Part shown: one piece after another, positions 1-9,213 of the stretch
How positions within the stretch are numbered: position 1 is the stretch's first letter
How the letters are laid out: the number at the start of each line of letters is the position of its first letter
Source of the DNA: Spirochaetales bacterium
GTDB taxonomy: Bacteria > Spirochaetota > Spirochaetia > JAFGDJ01
Direction: 5' to 3'
DNA: 64,000 nucleotides
Assembly: GCA_016932135.1 (NCBI GenBank)
Contig: JAFGDJ010000178.1
Coordinates: 3,329 to 67,328, forward strand
Notes under the pieces: model-generated
What the model was told of the DNA's origin: nothing
The model's database searches: none
What the model saw: the letters and a program-made list of their open reading frames with translations, nothing else
Translations under genes and position numbers: made by a program

Positions 1-92
1 AACTCATTCTCGATCCCCGGGTATACCTGTTAATAGACTCCGATCCCCAGGCAATAGCTTCATGGATTCTTTCATCCTACATACCCGCTATT

Positions 93-1292
93 ATGGGAGA
101 TATTCAAACCCTTTTTTTACGGCCCCGGATGGAAACGGAGGAAGAATACTTCCGCTCAGTCCTGGAAGGAATAAAAGGGGTTCTAGGCAAGCTGGCAGAC
201 GATTATACGGTACAAACCCATTTTGGAAAGAAATGGTTTATCAACACCCTGGCGAACCTCGAGACCGCGGAAGAATCCACCGCTACCCTGAGCCCCATCA
301 AGAAGGCTTTCATAACCGGGGCGGGACCATCGCTGGAACGACAGTTACCCGTCATCAGGGAACAAAGATCCTCCGCCACCCTCATCGCCACCGATACTTC
401 CTTACCCTGTCTTCTGGAAGCCGGAATACCTCCCGATTTAGTCATTTCCATCGATTGCCAGCAGATCACCTATCACCATTTTTTAGCAGGTTATCCTGAA
501 GAAATTCCTTTGGTTCTTGACCTTGCTTCCCCTGCCGGGATTACCAGGCTTTCCAGGAAAAATGTTTTTTTTTCCAGCGGCCATCCTTTTTCTCAATATG
601 TCAACAGTAACTGGCGCCATTTTCCCCGGATCGATATTTCCGGAGGGAATGTCAGCCACGCCGCTGTTTCTCTGGCGGACACCCTGGGAGCCGAAGAGAT
701 ACGCCTGTACGGTACCGATTTCTCTTTCCCCGAGGGAAAATCCTACGCCCGCGGAAGTTACCTCTATCCCTATTTTATGGAACGAGAATACCGGAGCGTA
801 CCCCTGGAGGGGCACTTCTATTCGTTTCTCATGCGTAATAAAAACATAGTGAAAGAATACTCCCCTCAGGGAATACGATATACCACAAAACCAATGATCA
901 GCTATAAGGAACGACTGGAGGAAGCATCCAGGGGGCTACAGGCCCGCCTAATCCCTGAAGCCGGTCTGGGGGTTCCTTTGATGATAGATGCATCCCTGAA
1001 GAAAAAACGGTCGGAACGAGTAAGCCGCTTTTTCTCCGCGGGTAAACCGGAATGTCCCTGGCGGGAGTTTTTAGCCGATTATCACCGGGGTTTGACACAA
1101 CTGCCTGAACCCTTCGATCCCCTGGCTTCATATTTCGAAGCTCTTTCAGCCGGTGAAAAAGATCTCTGGACAACCCTCTACCCGGCCGCCGCGGTCGTTC
1201 GTAAATCCCGGGGCAAGGATTCACCTCCGGGAGCGGCTATTCTTTCCGACGTCCGAACCTGGAGCCTGGATATCCTCCGGCACTACCTTTAA
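93..1292 (+). CDS. MptE-like / DUF115 (motility-accessory-factor-like) protein, possibly 5'-truncated by the window edge
   Basis: The 399-aa ORF has motifs resembling the 6-hydroxymethylpterin diphosphokinase MptE-like fold (GAGPSL, DTSL, DCQ spacing). The ATG is at 93, but the same frame has no stop back to position 3, so the gene may start upstream of the window. Confidence 0.5.
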   Translation: MGDIQTLFLRPRMETEEEYFRSVLEGIKGVLGKLADDYTVQTHFGKKWFINTLANLETAEESTATLSPIKKAFITGAGPSLERQLPVIREQRSSATLIATDTSLPCLLEAGIPPDLVISIDCQQITYHHFLAGYPEEIPLVLDLASPAGITRLSRKNVFFSSGHPFSQYVNSNWRHFPRIDISGGNVSHAAVSLADTLGAEEIRLYGTDFSFPEGKSYARGSYLYPYFMEREYRSVPLEGHFYSFLMRNKNIVKEYSPQGIRYTTKPMISYKERLEEASRGLQARLIPEAGLGVPLMIDASLKKKRSERVSRFFSAGKPECPWREFLADYHRGLTQLPEPFDPLASYFEALSAGEKDLWTTLYPAAAVVRKSRGKDSPPGAAILSDVRTWSLDILRHYL

Positions 1293-2125
1293 GAATGCCC
1301 TTCCTCGTAGACCACACCGGCGTATCCTACAAAGGAATCAGAAGGATGGATGTCCGCGCTGTTGGCATAGCCTACCAGGGTTCCCCGGGATATACCGCAG
1401 GATGCGGCATACGCCAAGGCGGTGACGGCTGCCCCCGGAGAACAGGAAGCCCTCTGTTCTATTCCCCGCTTTAACACTTCCTTTTCCTTCATTCCTAAAA
1501 AGGCTTCAATGATACCCCGGTCGTTTTCTTCCTTAACCCAGGATAGAGCCGTCTTTCCTGTTCCCCGGGGACTGTAACCGTAGGATGGTCCGTAATGGGT
1601 CAAGTCCGTGGAACCCAGGACAACGGTTTTTTTCCCCAATTCAAGGGTCACCTTTCGCAGGAGTCTACCCGCCTCCGCTGCCAGGGAAGATTGCGGTGCT
1701 CTGAGCCACAAGACCTTGGCCTCGGGGAAGAGAAAAGCCACCATGGGAAGCTGTACCTCCACGGTATTGTCTCGGTCATAGTCTGCGATGAGTTCAAGAC
1801 AGCTTTCTAAAGCTTTTTTCAATTCCAGATCCGCAGCCAGAATCCCCAGGGGGGTCTCGTAACCTTCCTCCGGGGCAACCAGGAGACAATTCTGTGCCGG
1901 CAGATGCCCTCCCACAACTACCACGGTATCCACGTCCCTTCGTAATCGGGCTAAGGTTCTGAAAGCCAGCTGTCCGGAAAAATACCAACCCGCATGGGGA
2001 ATGACACAAGCCACCCCCGTTCCTCCGGTTTCTTCCGTTTCAGACCACCGTTGAAGAGTGTTTCTTGTCTCCTTTTCGGATGTCGGATACCAGCCGTCGG
2101 GCAATCCTCGTCTTCGTGTCTTCAT
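1289..2125 (-). CDS. MEMO1-family protein (AmmeMemoRadiSam system protein B-like)
   Basis: The HAGWYFSG motif and overall MEMO1-like sequence are present. The start is set at the internal ATG (MKTRRRGLPDGWYP), which matches the typical N-terminus of the family. The track ORF begins at 2221. Confidence 0.6.
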   Translation of the reverse strand: MKTRRRGLPDGWYPTSEKETRNTLQRWSETEETGGTGVACVIPHAGWYFSGQLAFRTLARLRRDVDTVVVVGGHLPAQNCLLVAPEEGYETPLGILAADLELKKALESCLELIADYDRDNTVEVQLPMVAFLFPEAKVLWLRAPQSSLAAEAGRLLRKVTLELGKKTVVLGSTDLTHYGPSYGYSPRGTGKTALSWVKEENDRGIIEAFLGMKEKEVLKRGIEQRASCSPGAAVTALAYAASCGISRGTLVGYANSADIHPSDSFVGYAGVVYEEGHS

Positions 2126-2205
2126 ACCTCCATGGTACCAGAGATTTGGCACCGGGAAAAGAAAAAAGTGTATACAGATCGTTAATTTGCCGTAATAATA
2201 AGTAT

Positions 2206-3375
2206 ATGGTGAAGAAAGCAACCCGGTTATTTACTCTTTTTAGCGTACTCTTTTTTATTCTTATGGCTGCCCTTCTAAGCTACCGATTAATAACAATCCG
2301 CTCGGATAATATTTCGGCGGCTGAGCGTTCTTATAAGGTTATTCAGGGAGAACTGTCGGTACTTCATAAACTAGGCATTTCCATGGATACCGAAACCTTG
2401 CGGGACCGATTTGAACAACTCAATAAAAGACGACCCCCCTTACGGGCCCTGGTTATCTACTCCGAGACATCGGGCATCTATTTTATAAAAGCCGATCGCC
2501 GGGAACTCTTCACACCGGAAACCCTGAGGAACCCTGACACCGTGACTCTACCGGCATATACCGCGGGTCCGGGGAATTTCCTCCTTCTCCGTTCGGCTCT
2601 TCCTTTTAAGACAGAAACGGCGGAGACCGTTTATGTGGACGCATTATTTGAAATTCTCGGGCGAGAGGACCTGCATAACCCTCTGCGGCTCTGTATTATT
2701 CTTTTAGCCGGTTATCTTATCATTACCTTCTTTATTCTCATATACTCCGGATCCTCTTCCCGGAAACCGACGGTGTCGGATTCCATGAGGGTAACCGATA
2801 CGGTACCTCCACCTCCTGCAGCTCCAAAGAAAAAAGAACCTCAAAAAGGTTCTTCCCCTGCTGTATCAAAAGATATTCCCCCCGGGCTCTATTCTCCTGA
2901 TACCAACCTGGTCTGGGAAGCCTTCTTGCAGGAACGGTTAGATAACGAGTTAAAAAGAGCCGCATCCTTCGACCAGGATCTGGTTCTCGGTCTCCTGTCG
3001 GTATCCGGGTATCCGGCGAGTTTTTCGTTGAAAGCCCTGGGCGCCTTGATCCTCCAGCATTTCCCCTTCACCGATCTGGTCTTTTCTTACGGCCTGAGCG
3101 GAGTGGCCGTAATTATACCTAATACCGATCTGGATCAAGGAATCGCGGAATTTGAAGCTTTGCAGCCGGATATTCTTGAACTGGAACAAACAGAATCAAA
3201 CCTTATCATATCCGTCGGTCTGACTTCGAGAAACGGCAGGCTGCTGGACGCTCAACGACTGATCAAGGAAGCTCACCGCGCCTTGGAGAAGGCTCTTTCG
3301 GAAAAGAAAAATTCAATTATTGCCTTCAAAACAGATCCCGCAAAATACCGGGAGTTTATTGCTTCCAAGGTCTAG
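2206..3375 (+). CDS. membrane-anchored protein with a degenerate GGDEF-like C-terminal domain
   Basis: One N-terminal TM helix follows MVKKATRLF, then a Pro-rich linker (PPPPAAPKKKEPQKG). The C-terminus aligns to a GGDEF domain, but the signature reads SYGLSGV instead of RxGGDEF, and the tail SVGLTSRNGRLLDAQRLIKEAHRALEKA resembles the end of GGDEF. The start is set at ATG 2206; the track ORF begins at 2065. Confidence 0.5.
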   Translation: MVKKATRLFTLFSVLFFILMAALLSYRLITIRSDNISAAERSYKVIQGELSVLHKLGISMDTETLRDRFEQLNKRRPPLRALVIYSETSGIYFIKADRRELFTPETLRNPDTVTLPAYTAGPGNFLLLRSALPFKTETAETVYVDALFEILGREDLHNPLRLCIILLAGYLIITFFILIYSGSSSRKPTVSDSMRVTDTVPPPPAAPKKKEPQKGSSPAVSKDIPPGLYSPDTNLVWEAFLQERLDNELKRAASFDQDLVLGLLSVSGYPASFSLKALGALILQHFPFTDLVFSYGLSGVAVIIPNTDLDQGIAEFEALQPDILELEQTESNLIISVGLTSRNGRLLDAQRLIKEAHRALEKALSEKKNSIIAFKTDPAKYREFIASKV

Positions 3376-3377
3376 GC

Positions 3378-4352
3378 TCAGCCGAACAACGTCTCCTTAG
3401 CTACCATTATATTCCGGAATACCTCAAGATCCAGGAGATACAGTGGTTGTTCACTGCCGCGAAGAATCAGGAAAACCTCCTCTCCTGCCTGTCGCCCTTC
3501 CAGAATATATTCAGTACCGTCCAGTGTTGCAACGGTGATCTCAAATTGTACCGGCCCTTCCGGCATTGAACGGCTAAAGCCTTTTCCTTTTACCTGAACC
3601 AGATTTCTCAGGAGTCTCTCTATACTCACCGGATCAGGCTTCGTGTTTACCCCCTGCACTACCCAGGAATCGTTTCCTTCTCCGGTCTTTAAGAGCCTAT
3701 ATTCATCATAGGCTCCCCGTTCCGCGACATATTCACGGAAACTGAGAGAGATAATATCCTTTTCTTTCAGCCTGTCCGGGAAGAGCGTAAGTTTACTCCA
3801 ATACACCAGATCTCTTGAAAGATAAGAACCTAGGGGGGTAGTTATGAAAACCTCATCTTCTCCTTCTATCCTGACATATTCCCCCATGTTGGTGGGATCG
3901 CTTTTCCCAAGATAGAGGATACTCTTCTCCCCAGGACCCCACAGTGTAACGACGGATGCCCTTTCCCGGTCTACCTCGAAAAGAGGGTGTTTTTCCGAAT
4001 CTTTCGTAACGACGGCAGTTCTGGGAGCCTCCATGAGTATTCCTAAAAAGGCTTTTATTCGGCCTTCATTTCCGGGGTAGAGGGCACCGGTATCATACGA
4101 AGTTTCCTCGTGGCCCGAAAGACCAAGTGAAACAAACCAGGAACCCTCATCGCTTTTTGTGAAAAGGAATTCCTCTTCTTCCCCGGAGATGGTAAATCCG
4201 GCAACATCCTCCTCGGAAAACCCCGGTAGAAGAAGCCCCTGGTGATCCCCTTTGCCGGGAATTCGATTTGAAAAGGTGATGCCTAGGATGTAGAGAACAA
4301 TTAGTCCTAAAAGAACTGAGGTAAGGGAGATTACCTTGTTATTGTACTTCAT
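3378..4352 (-). CDS. DUF4340-domain protein (Gld-like ABC auxiliary operon)
   Basis: The N-terminus has a TM anchor, the sequence is DUF4340-like, and there is an ATGA overlap with the upstream GldG-like gene. Confidence 0.55.
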   Translation of the reverse strand: MKYNNKVISLTSVLLGLIVLYILGITFSNRIPGKGDHQGLLLPGFSEEDVAGFTISGEEEEFLFTKSDEGSWFVSLGLSGHEETSYDTGALYPGNEGRIKAFLGILMEAPRTAVVTKDSEKHPLFEVDRERASVVTLWGPGEKSILYLGKSDPTNMGEYVRIEGEDEVFITTPLGSYLSRDLVYWSKLTLFPDRLKEKDIISLSFREYVAERGAYDEYRLLKTGEGNDSWVVQGVNTKPDPVSIERLLRNLVQVKGKGFSRSMPEGPVQFEITVATLDGTEYILEGRQAGEEVFLILRGSEQPLYLLDLEVFRNIMVAKETLFG

Positions 4353-5902
4353 GGTCTCACCTCCTTTCTTCTGTTACGTCTGTTTCTTCCCCGGATTATT
4401 CCGAAAAGGAATACTCCCAGTGGAATAAGTGCCACATTCACCACTTGAGCAGTTACATAAAGGGATCTGGTTTTTTCCGGGTCTTGTTTGTTCAACCGGG
4501 TATCCGTTAACGACCGGGTTTTTATCTGCAGCAGGTCATCATCCTGGGCAAGCCATTCTACGGTGTTTTCCAGAAAGAGGAGATTATAATAACTGTCGGA
4601 ATACTGAATAATATTCGACGCGAAATCGGCATCACCCAGGACAATCACCCGGGCTTCCAGACCCAAGGCGGTGCCGCTACCCAAGGTCCTGGGAAACCTC
4701 CCCGTGATGAGCACCCCCAGGGGATACGACTCCGTTTCTTCCGATGCCCCCCGAAGCAGGAACTCACCTAACTGCGGATCGGTGGTAAACTGATCCTTCA
4801 TGAGCCAGGCCTTATCGCTGGAAGAAATGAGTACGGAAGATTCCAAGGATTCCCTTTTCTCCAGCATCAGGGGACTGGGCCATAGGAGATCCAACCCCAT
4901 GAGCCGGGAAGTGATGGGGTTTGTCTTATCGACTTTCGTGGGGAGGATGGTAATCCAGTGGGGATACGGCCCCATGATCTGCCAGGCCATCTGACCGAAG
5001 ATCTGCCTGGGAACTCGAAAGTCCTTAGCGTATCGGTCCAACACAAGGGAGGGTTCTACGGTAACACCATAGTGTGAAACCATATTGAGAAGCGGCGAAT
5101 CCCGCTGCGCCTCTGCCGTCAGGTTTCTCATCATATCGATGGAAACCCCCTCCAGGCAGAAGAGCACGTTACCGCCGGAAACGATATAGTCTTCCAAAGG
5201 CAAGAGGTCTTCCTGTCGTATATCCCTGTTACCGAAGACTACCAGGACATCGGTTTCCGGATCTACAGCGTCACCGACTTTTATTTCCTCCACCTGGTAG
5301 AGTTCCCTCAGCTGCCCCAGGGCACCGCTGTAATCTTCCTCCAGGCTTCGCGTGGTGTCGCCGACCAAGACAGCTATCGAGTAATCCTCCGGCGACGCCA
5401 TCTGACGTATGAGCCGGGTGATCTGGTATTCCAGGGTGTCGGTACTCACCACAAAGGGCAGGGTTTCGAATTGATCCAGGTATTGAATAACCAAGCCGCT
5501 GTATATATTGGTATAGCTTTTTTCATTCCTTTCCACGATCTCCATCTGCCTGGGCAGGATACCAAGGCTCTCTACCTGAGGGGCGAGACCGCTCTTGTCC
5601 GGATCGATAAAACGCAGCTGCATGTTTCCCTTGGCATAGGCCTTGTATTCTTCCAGCACATCCCGGATATTCTCCGGGACCGTTGAATACTTTTCCAGTT
5701 TTTCACTGACGTAATAGGTAATCTGTACCTGATCTTCCAGTTGATCAAAAATTGTCTTAGACACCTCCGTGAGGGTAAAGACTTTTTCTTTGGTCAGATC
5801 AATCCGGGCGTAATAGATCGTCAGGTTAAGGGCTAAGGCTCCAAGAAGGGCGATCACCAGAAATAATAAAAGCAGTTCCTTTCTTTTTCCCGTTTTTTCC
5901 AT
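4349..5902 (-). CDS. gldG: GldG-like ABC transporter auxiliary component (ABC_transp_aux)
   Basis: It has N- and C-terminal TM segments and a GldG-like sequence. The first ATG (MEKTGKRK) is at 5902, two nt after the permease stop. The track ORF begins at GTG 5914. Confidence 0.6.
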   Translation of the reverse strand: MEKTGKRKELLLLFLVIALLGALALNLTIYYARIDLTKEKVFTLTEVSKTIFDQLEDQVQITYYVSEKLEKYSTVPENIRDVLEEYKAYAKGNMQLRFIDPDKSGLAPQVESLGILPRQMEIVERNEKSYTNIYSGLVIQYLDQFETLPFVVSTDTLEYQITRLIRQMASPEDYSIAVLVGDTTRSLEEDYSGALGQLRELYQVEEIKVGDAVDPETDVLVVFGNRDIRQEDLLPLEDYIVSGGNVLFCLEGVSIDMMRNLTAEAQRDSPLLNMVSHYGVTVEPSLVLDRYAKDFRVPRQIFGQMAWQIMGPYPHWITILPTKVDKTNPITSRLMGLDLLWPSPLMLEKRESLESSVLISSSDKAWLMKDQFTTDPQLGEFLLRGASEETESYPLGVLITGRFPRTLGSGTALGLEARVIVLGDADFASNIIQYSDSYYNLLFLENTVEWLAQDDDLLQIKTRSLTDTRLNKQDPEKTRSLYVTAQVVNVALIPLGVFLFGIIRGRNRRNRRKEVRP

Positions 5903-5904
5903 AA

Positions 5905-6630
5905 TCAACCCCACTTCCGTAAGGAAATAACCTTTCCATTCAGGAAAAGAAAGAAAAAGGTCAACAGAATAAAATATCCCAGGTCCCGCAGGTCGATAAT
6001 TCCTTTGACAAAGCTCCTGAAATGATAATCCAGGGATATGAAATCCAGAATTCCGGAAAGTCTCAGAGGAAGGTTGAGGACATATTGCAGTCTTCCCATC
6101 ATCGTAAAGGCCAGCAGAGCCAACACTCCGAACATGAAAGAGTTTACCTGATTAACGGCCAGAGAGGACACAAACAATCCGATGGAAATACCCGCGGCAC
6201 CCAGCAGAAGGGCCCCCAGGTACTCACCGGCTAACTGGCCCGGATCAAAATTTCCCAAAGGTGCCAGCATAAGAGGCACAGGAATTGTCAGGAAGAGCAC
6301 GAGAACCAACAAGGTCAGGGCACCGAAAAATTTTCCCAGCACTAAGTCGTATTCCTTGATCGGCAGGGTAAGCAAAATTTCATCGGTACCCATCTTTCTT
6401 TCCTCTGCCCATCCCCGCATGGTCAAAGCGGGAAGAAGAAAAATGAAAACCAAAGGAAAGGTACTGAAATATCCCCTGAAACTGGCAACATTGGCACCAA
6501 GAAATTGTTGAAAATAGAACAGTGAAACCGAAGTGGATACCAGCAGAAAAATAATAAAAATATAAGCTATGGGAGTATTGAAGTAGGACTTCAGTTCTTT
6601 CATCGTCACGGCGTATAGATTACGAAACAT
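5905..6630 (-). CDS. ABC-2 type transporter permease (GldF-like)
   Basis: Six-TM ABC-2 permease; overlaps the upstream ATPase gene by 11 nt. Confidence 0.65.
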   Translation of the reverse strand: MFRNLYAVTMKELKSYFNTPIAYIFIIFLLVSTSVSLFYFQQFLGANVASFRGYFSTFPLVFIFLLPALTMRGWAEERKMGTDEILLTLPIKEYDLVLGKFFGALTLLVLVLFLTIPVPLMLAPLGNFDPGQLAGEYLGALLLGAAGISIGLFVSSLAVNQVNSFMFGVLALLAFTMMGRLQYVLNLPLRLSGILDFISLDYHFRSFVKGIIDLRDLGYFILLTFFFLFLNGKVISLRKWG

Positions 6631-7570
6631 AAGCTCCCCCTTCTTTGGTCAATTTTGTAAAAATGTCCTCAAGACTCATTCTTACGGGAGTCATGGAAAG
6701 AATCTTGTAACCTTTTTCTACCGCCCAATCAAAAAGGATTTCCCCCGGATCTTCCCCTTGATCCATGGTACATTCCAGCCGAAATCCTCGGTCGGATGCT
6801 TCTAAGGCGTTTACTTTTACCACTCCCGGGCGATTTTCCAGGTCTTCCTTCGCCCCATCGCCGATCTCTCCCTTGAGGAGAAGCGAGTACACCAGTTCAC
6901 CTTTCATGCTTCGCTCGATTTCCCCGGTGGTTCCCTCCGCCAGAATTGACCCGTCATTGAGAATCAGTACCCGATCACAGACCGCCTCCACCTCCTGGAG
7001 AATATGGGTGGATAGAATCACCGTCTTTTCTTTACCCAGGTTTCGTATGAGACCTCGTATTTCGAGAATCTGATTCGGATCCAGTCCGGTGGTGGGCTCA
7101 TCCAGAATAAGAATATCCGGTTTATGCAGAATAGCCTGGGCCAGACCCACCCTCTGACGGTATCCTTTGGATAAGATGCCCACAGGATGATGCAGGTATC
7201 GTTCCAGAGCGCATTCCTGTACAGCCTCCTTAAGAAATTGTGTCTTTCTTTCCCCTTTCAATCCTCTTACTCGGGCGATAAAATCCAGGTATTCCGAAAC
7301 ATGCAGTTCCGGATATACCGGAGCGCTCTCGGGCAGATACCCGATTCTCATCCGGACTTCCTGTGGGTTTTCCACAGCGTCAATACCGTCCAGGGTTATG
7401 CGCCCGCTGGTAGGATAATGGTAACAGGTAAGAGCTTTCATTATGGTGGTTTTCCCCGCCCCGTTCGGCCCCAGCAAGCCCATAATTTCACCTTTCTGAA
7501 TACTGAAGCTAACATCTTTCACGGCCTGCACAGGTCCGTAGGATTTACAAACCTTCTCAACTTCAATCAT
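6620..7570 (-). CDS. ABC transporter ATP-binding protein (GldA-like)
   Basis: Walker A GPNGAGKTT, ABC signature LSKGYRQRVGLA and Walker B ILILDEP are present. Confidence 0.85.
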   Translation of the reverse strand: MIEVEKVCKSYGPVQAVKDVSFSIQKGEIMGLLGPNGAGKTTIMKALTCYHYPTSGRITLDGIDAVENPQEVRMRIGYLPESAPVYPELHVSEYLDFIARVRGLKGERKTQFLKEAVQECALERYLHHPVGILSKGYRQRVGLAQAILHKPDILILDEPTTGLDPNQILEIRGLIRNLGKEKTVILSTHILQEVEAVCDRVLILNDGSILAEGTTGEIERSMKGELVYSLLLKGEIGDGAKEDLENRPGVVKVNALEASDRGFRLECTMDQGEDPGEILFDWAVEKGYKILSMTPVRMSLEDIFTKLTKEGGAYVS

Positions 7571-7581
7571 CAGACTGCTCC

Positions 7582-8508
7582 TTAGGTATAAGGTATTTCT
7601 ATATATTGTCCGTCTCTTGTGAGGAAGGAATCGGGAAATACACTTTTTGCTTCCGTTACCAGAACGGACAATTCTTTTTTGCTGTATCGGGGGCTGTAAT
7701 GAATAAGCCCCAGGCTCTTTACACCCCCGGCTTCCTTGGCCAGCTCCGCCGCTTGTTTGGCGGTAAGGTGTTTCTTTTCCGCCGCGCTTTCAGCCAATTC
7801 TTCCATAAACATGCCTTCACAAATAAGAAGATCCGAATCGGCCACCTCTTTTGCCGCCTGGGGGACCACCGTGGTATCGGTAATAAAACTGAATTTTCTT
7901 CCCTGCCGGGGGGGACCCAGGACATCCTCCGGGGCAATCCGCCGGCCGTTTTCCAAGGTTATCGAATCCCCTCCCTGCAGAACCGACCAGGCAGGTCCCT
8001 TGGGAACGCCCAGGTCCATGGCCTTTTCGGGGTAAAAAACCCCAGGACGCAGATCTTCTTTCAGAGAATAGCCGAAACAGGGTTTAGTGTGATTAAGCTT
8101 AAAGGCGCTGACCGTGTACCCATCTCCCCGGAACACCGGACCTTCTTCCGTGACATCCTGAAAAACAATTTCATAATTAATATACATATCCAGAAGGCGC
8201 CGATTCTCCTGCACGTATTCCCTCACCTTCGGAGGTCCGATAATAACCAGGGGTTCCACCCGGTCGACCTGAGAAGAAAGCATGAGAATACCGGGAAGAC
8301 CGGTGACATGATCTGCGTGGGTATGAGAGATAAAAATAGTGGATATCTTCTTCCAGCGGAGGTTGAGCCTTCGCAGGGCTACCTGTGTTCCTTCTCCGCA
8401 ATCGAAAAGGATGAGGTCCCCTTCCCTCCTTAACAGAACAGATGTCAAAAACCTTCCGGGCAGAGGCATCATTCCTCCGGTCCCGAGAATAAATACTTCC
8501 AGATTCAT
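7582..8508 (-). CDS. rnz: ribonuclease Z (MBL-fold tRNA 3' endonuclease)
   Basis: Motif HTHADH and the overall RNase Z sequence; 308 aa. Confidence 0.8.
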   Translation of the reverse strand: MNLEVFILGTGGMMPLPGRFLTSVLLRREGDLILFDCGEGTQVALRRLNLRWKKISTIFISHTHADHVTGLPGILMLSSQVDRVEPLVIIGPPKVREYVQENRRLLDMYINYEIVFQDVTEEGPVFRGDGYTVSAFKLNHTKPCFGYSLKEDLRPGVFYPEKAMDLGVPKGPAWSVLQGGDSITLENGRRIAPEDVLGPPRQGRKFSFITDTTVVPQAAKEVADSDLLICEGMFMEELAESAAEKKHLTAKQAAELAKEAGGVKSLGLIHYSPRYSKKELSVLVTEAKSVFPDSFLTRDGQYIEIPYT

Positions 8509-8561
8509 ATCGCGCTACAAACCGCTTACGGATAAAAATAGGCATTTAAAAGCCTAGGGTA

Positions 8562-9170
8562 TTAGCGTATAGACATTTCAATAATGTCTGCCGTCAGCAG
8601 TTCCTTTCCTCCAATCTTTTCACAGATAATTTCAAACAATTCCATACATACCCTGGCATCGTCAACCGCCCTGTGTGCTTCTTCTACCTGTATTCCCAGA
8701 TGAGCTGCCAGATTCTGCAGACTGTAGGAAGGCAAACCGGGTAAAGCCTTCTTAGCCAGTATTCGGGTATCGATAACCCCAGCGGGGTGAAAGGTAAACC
8801 CGTTCTTATCCGCTGCCGCGGAAAGGAAACTGATATCAAACGGTGCGTTATGAGCCACCAGGACAGCATCTCCCAAAAACTTCTTCATGGCCGGAAAAAG
8901 TTCCGAGATAGTCGGTTTTCCGATGACGGCTCTTTCATCTATTCCATGAATGGTTACCACGGCCTCGGGGATGGTCCTCTCAGGATCAACCAGGCTGTGA
9001 AAGGTGTCCACGGTGGACCAATTCTGGAAGAGTATAATCCCCACCTCCAGGATGCTGTCCACATCGGGGTATAACCCCGTGGTTTCCAAATCCAGGCTGG
9101 CAAAAAGAGCCTGATTCAGGGGCTTTTCTTCGTTTCGCTGTTCATAAAAATCAAAAAAACCTTCGCTCAT
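8562..9170 (-). CDS. DEDD-family 3'-5' exonuclease (DnaQ/epsilon-like)
   Basis: Exo I motif LDLETTGL, Exo II VAHNAPFDISFL and Exo III HRAVDDAR are present. Confidence 0.75.
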   Translation of the reverse strand: MSEGFFDFYEQRNEEKPLNQALFASLDLETTGLYPDVDSILEVGIILFQNWSTVDTFHSLVDPERTIPEAVVTIHGIDERAVIGKPTISELFPAMKKFLGDAVLVAHNAPFDISFLSAAADKNGFTFHPAGVIDTRILAKKALPGLPSYSLQNLAAHLGIQVEEAHRAVDDARVCMELFEIICEKIGGKELLTADIIEMSIR

Positions 9171-9213
9171 TGTCCGCCCATTCCATCTTTTTATTTTTCA
9201 GGAGCCGGAGGTT

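Noticed and set aside
62-499. 145-aa ORF overlapping the start of the MptE-like gene.
   Set aside because: It is an R/G/P-rich alternative frame of the MptE-like CDS with no motifs; an artefact.
7606-8433. Long antisense ORFs opposite real genes. Examples: 7606..8433, 13581..14243, 17791..18432, 44823..45578, 48060..49271, 51494..52555, 54907..55767, 57067..57720, 58213..58764, 59596..60303.
   Set aside because: They lie entirely opposite genes with clear, well-known homology, and have low-complexity G/R/P-rich translations typical of the reverse frame of GC3-rich coding DNA. They show no recognisable motifs.
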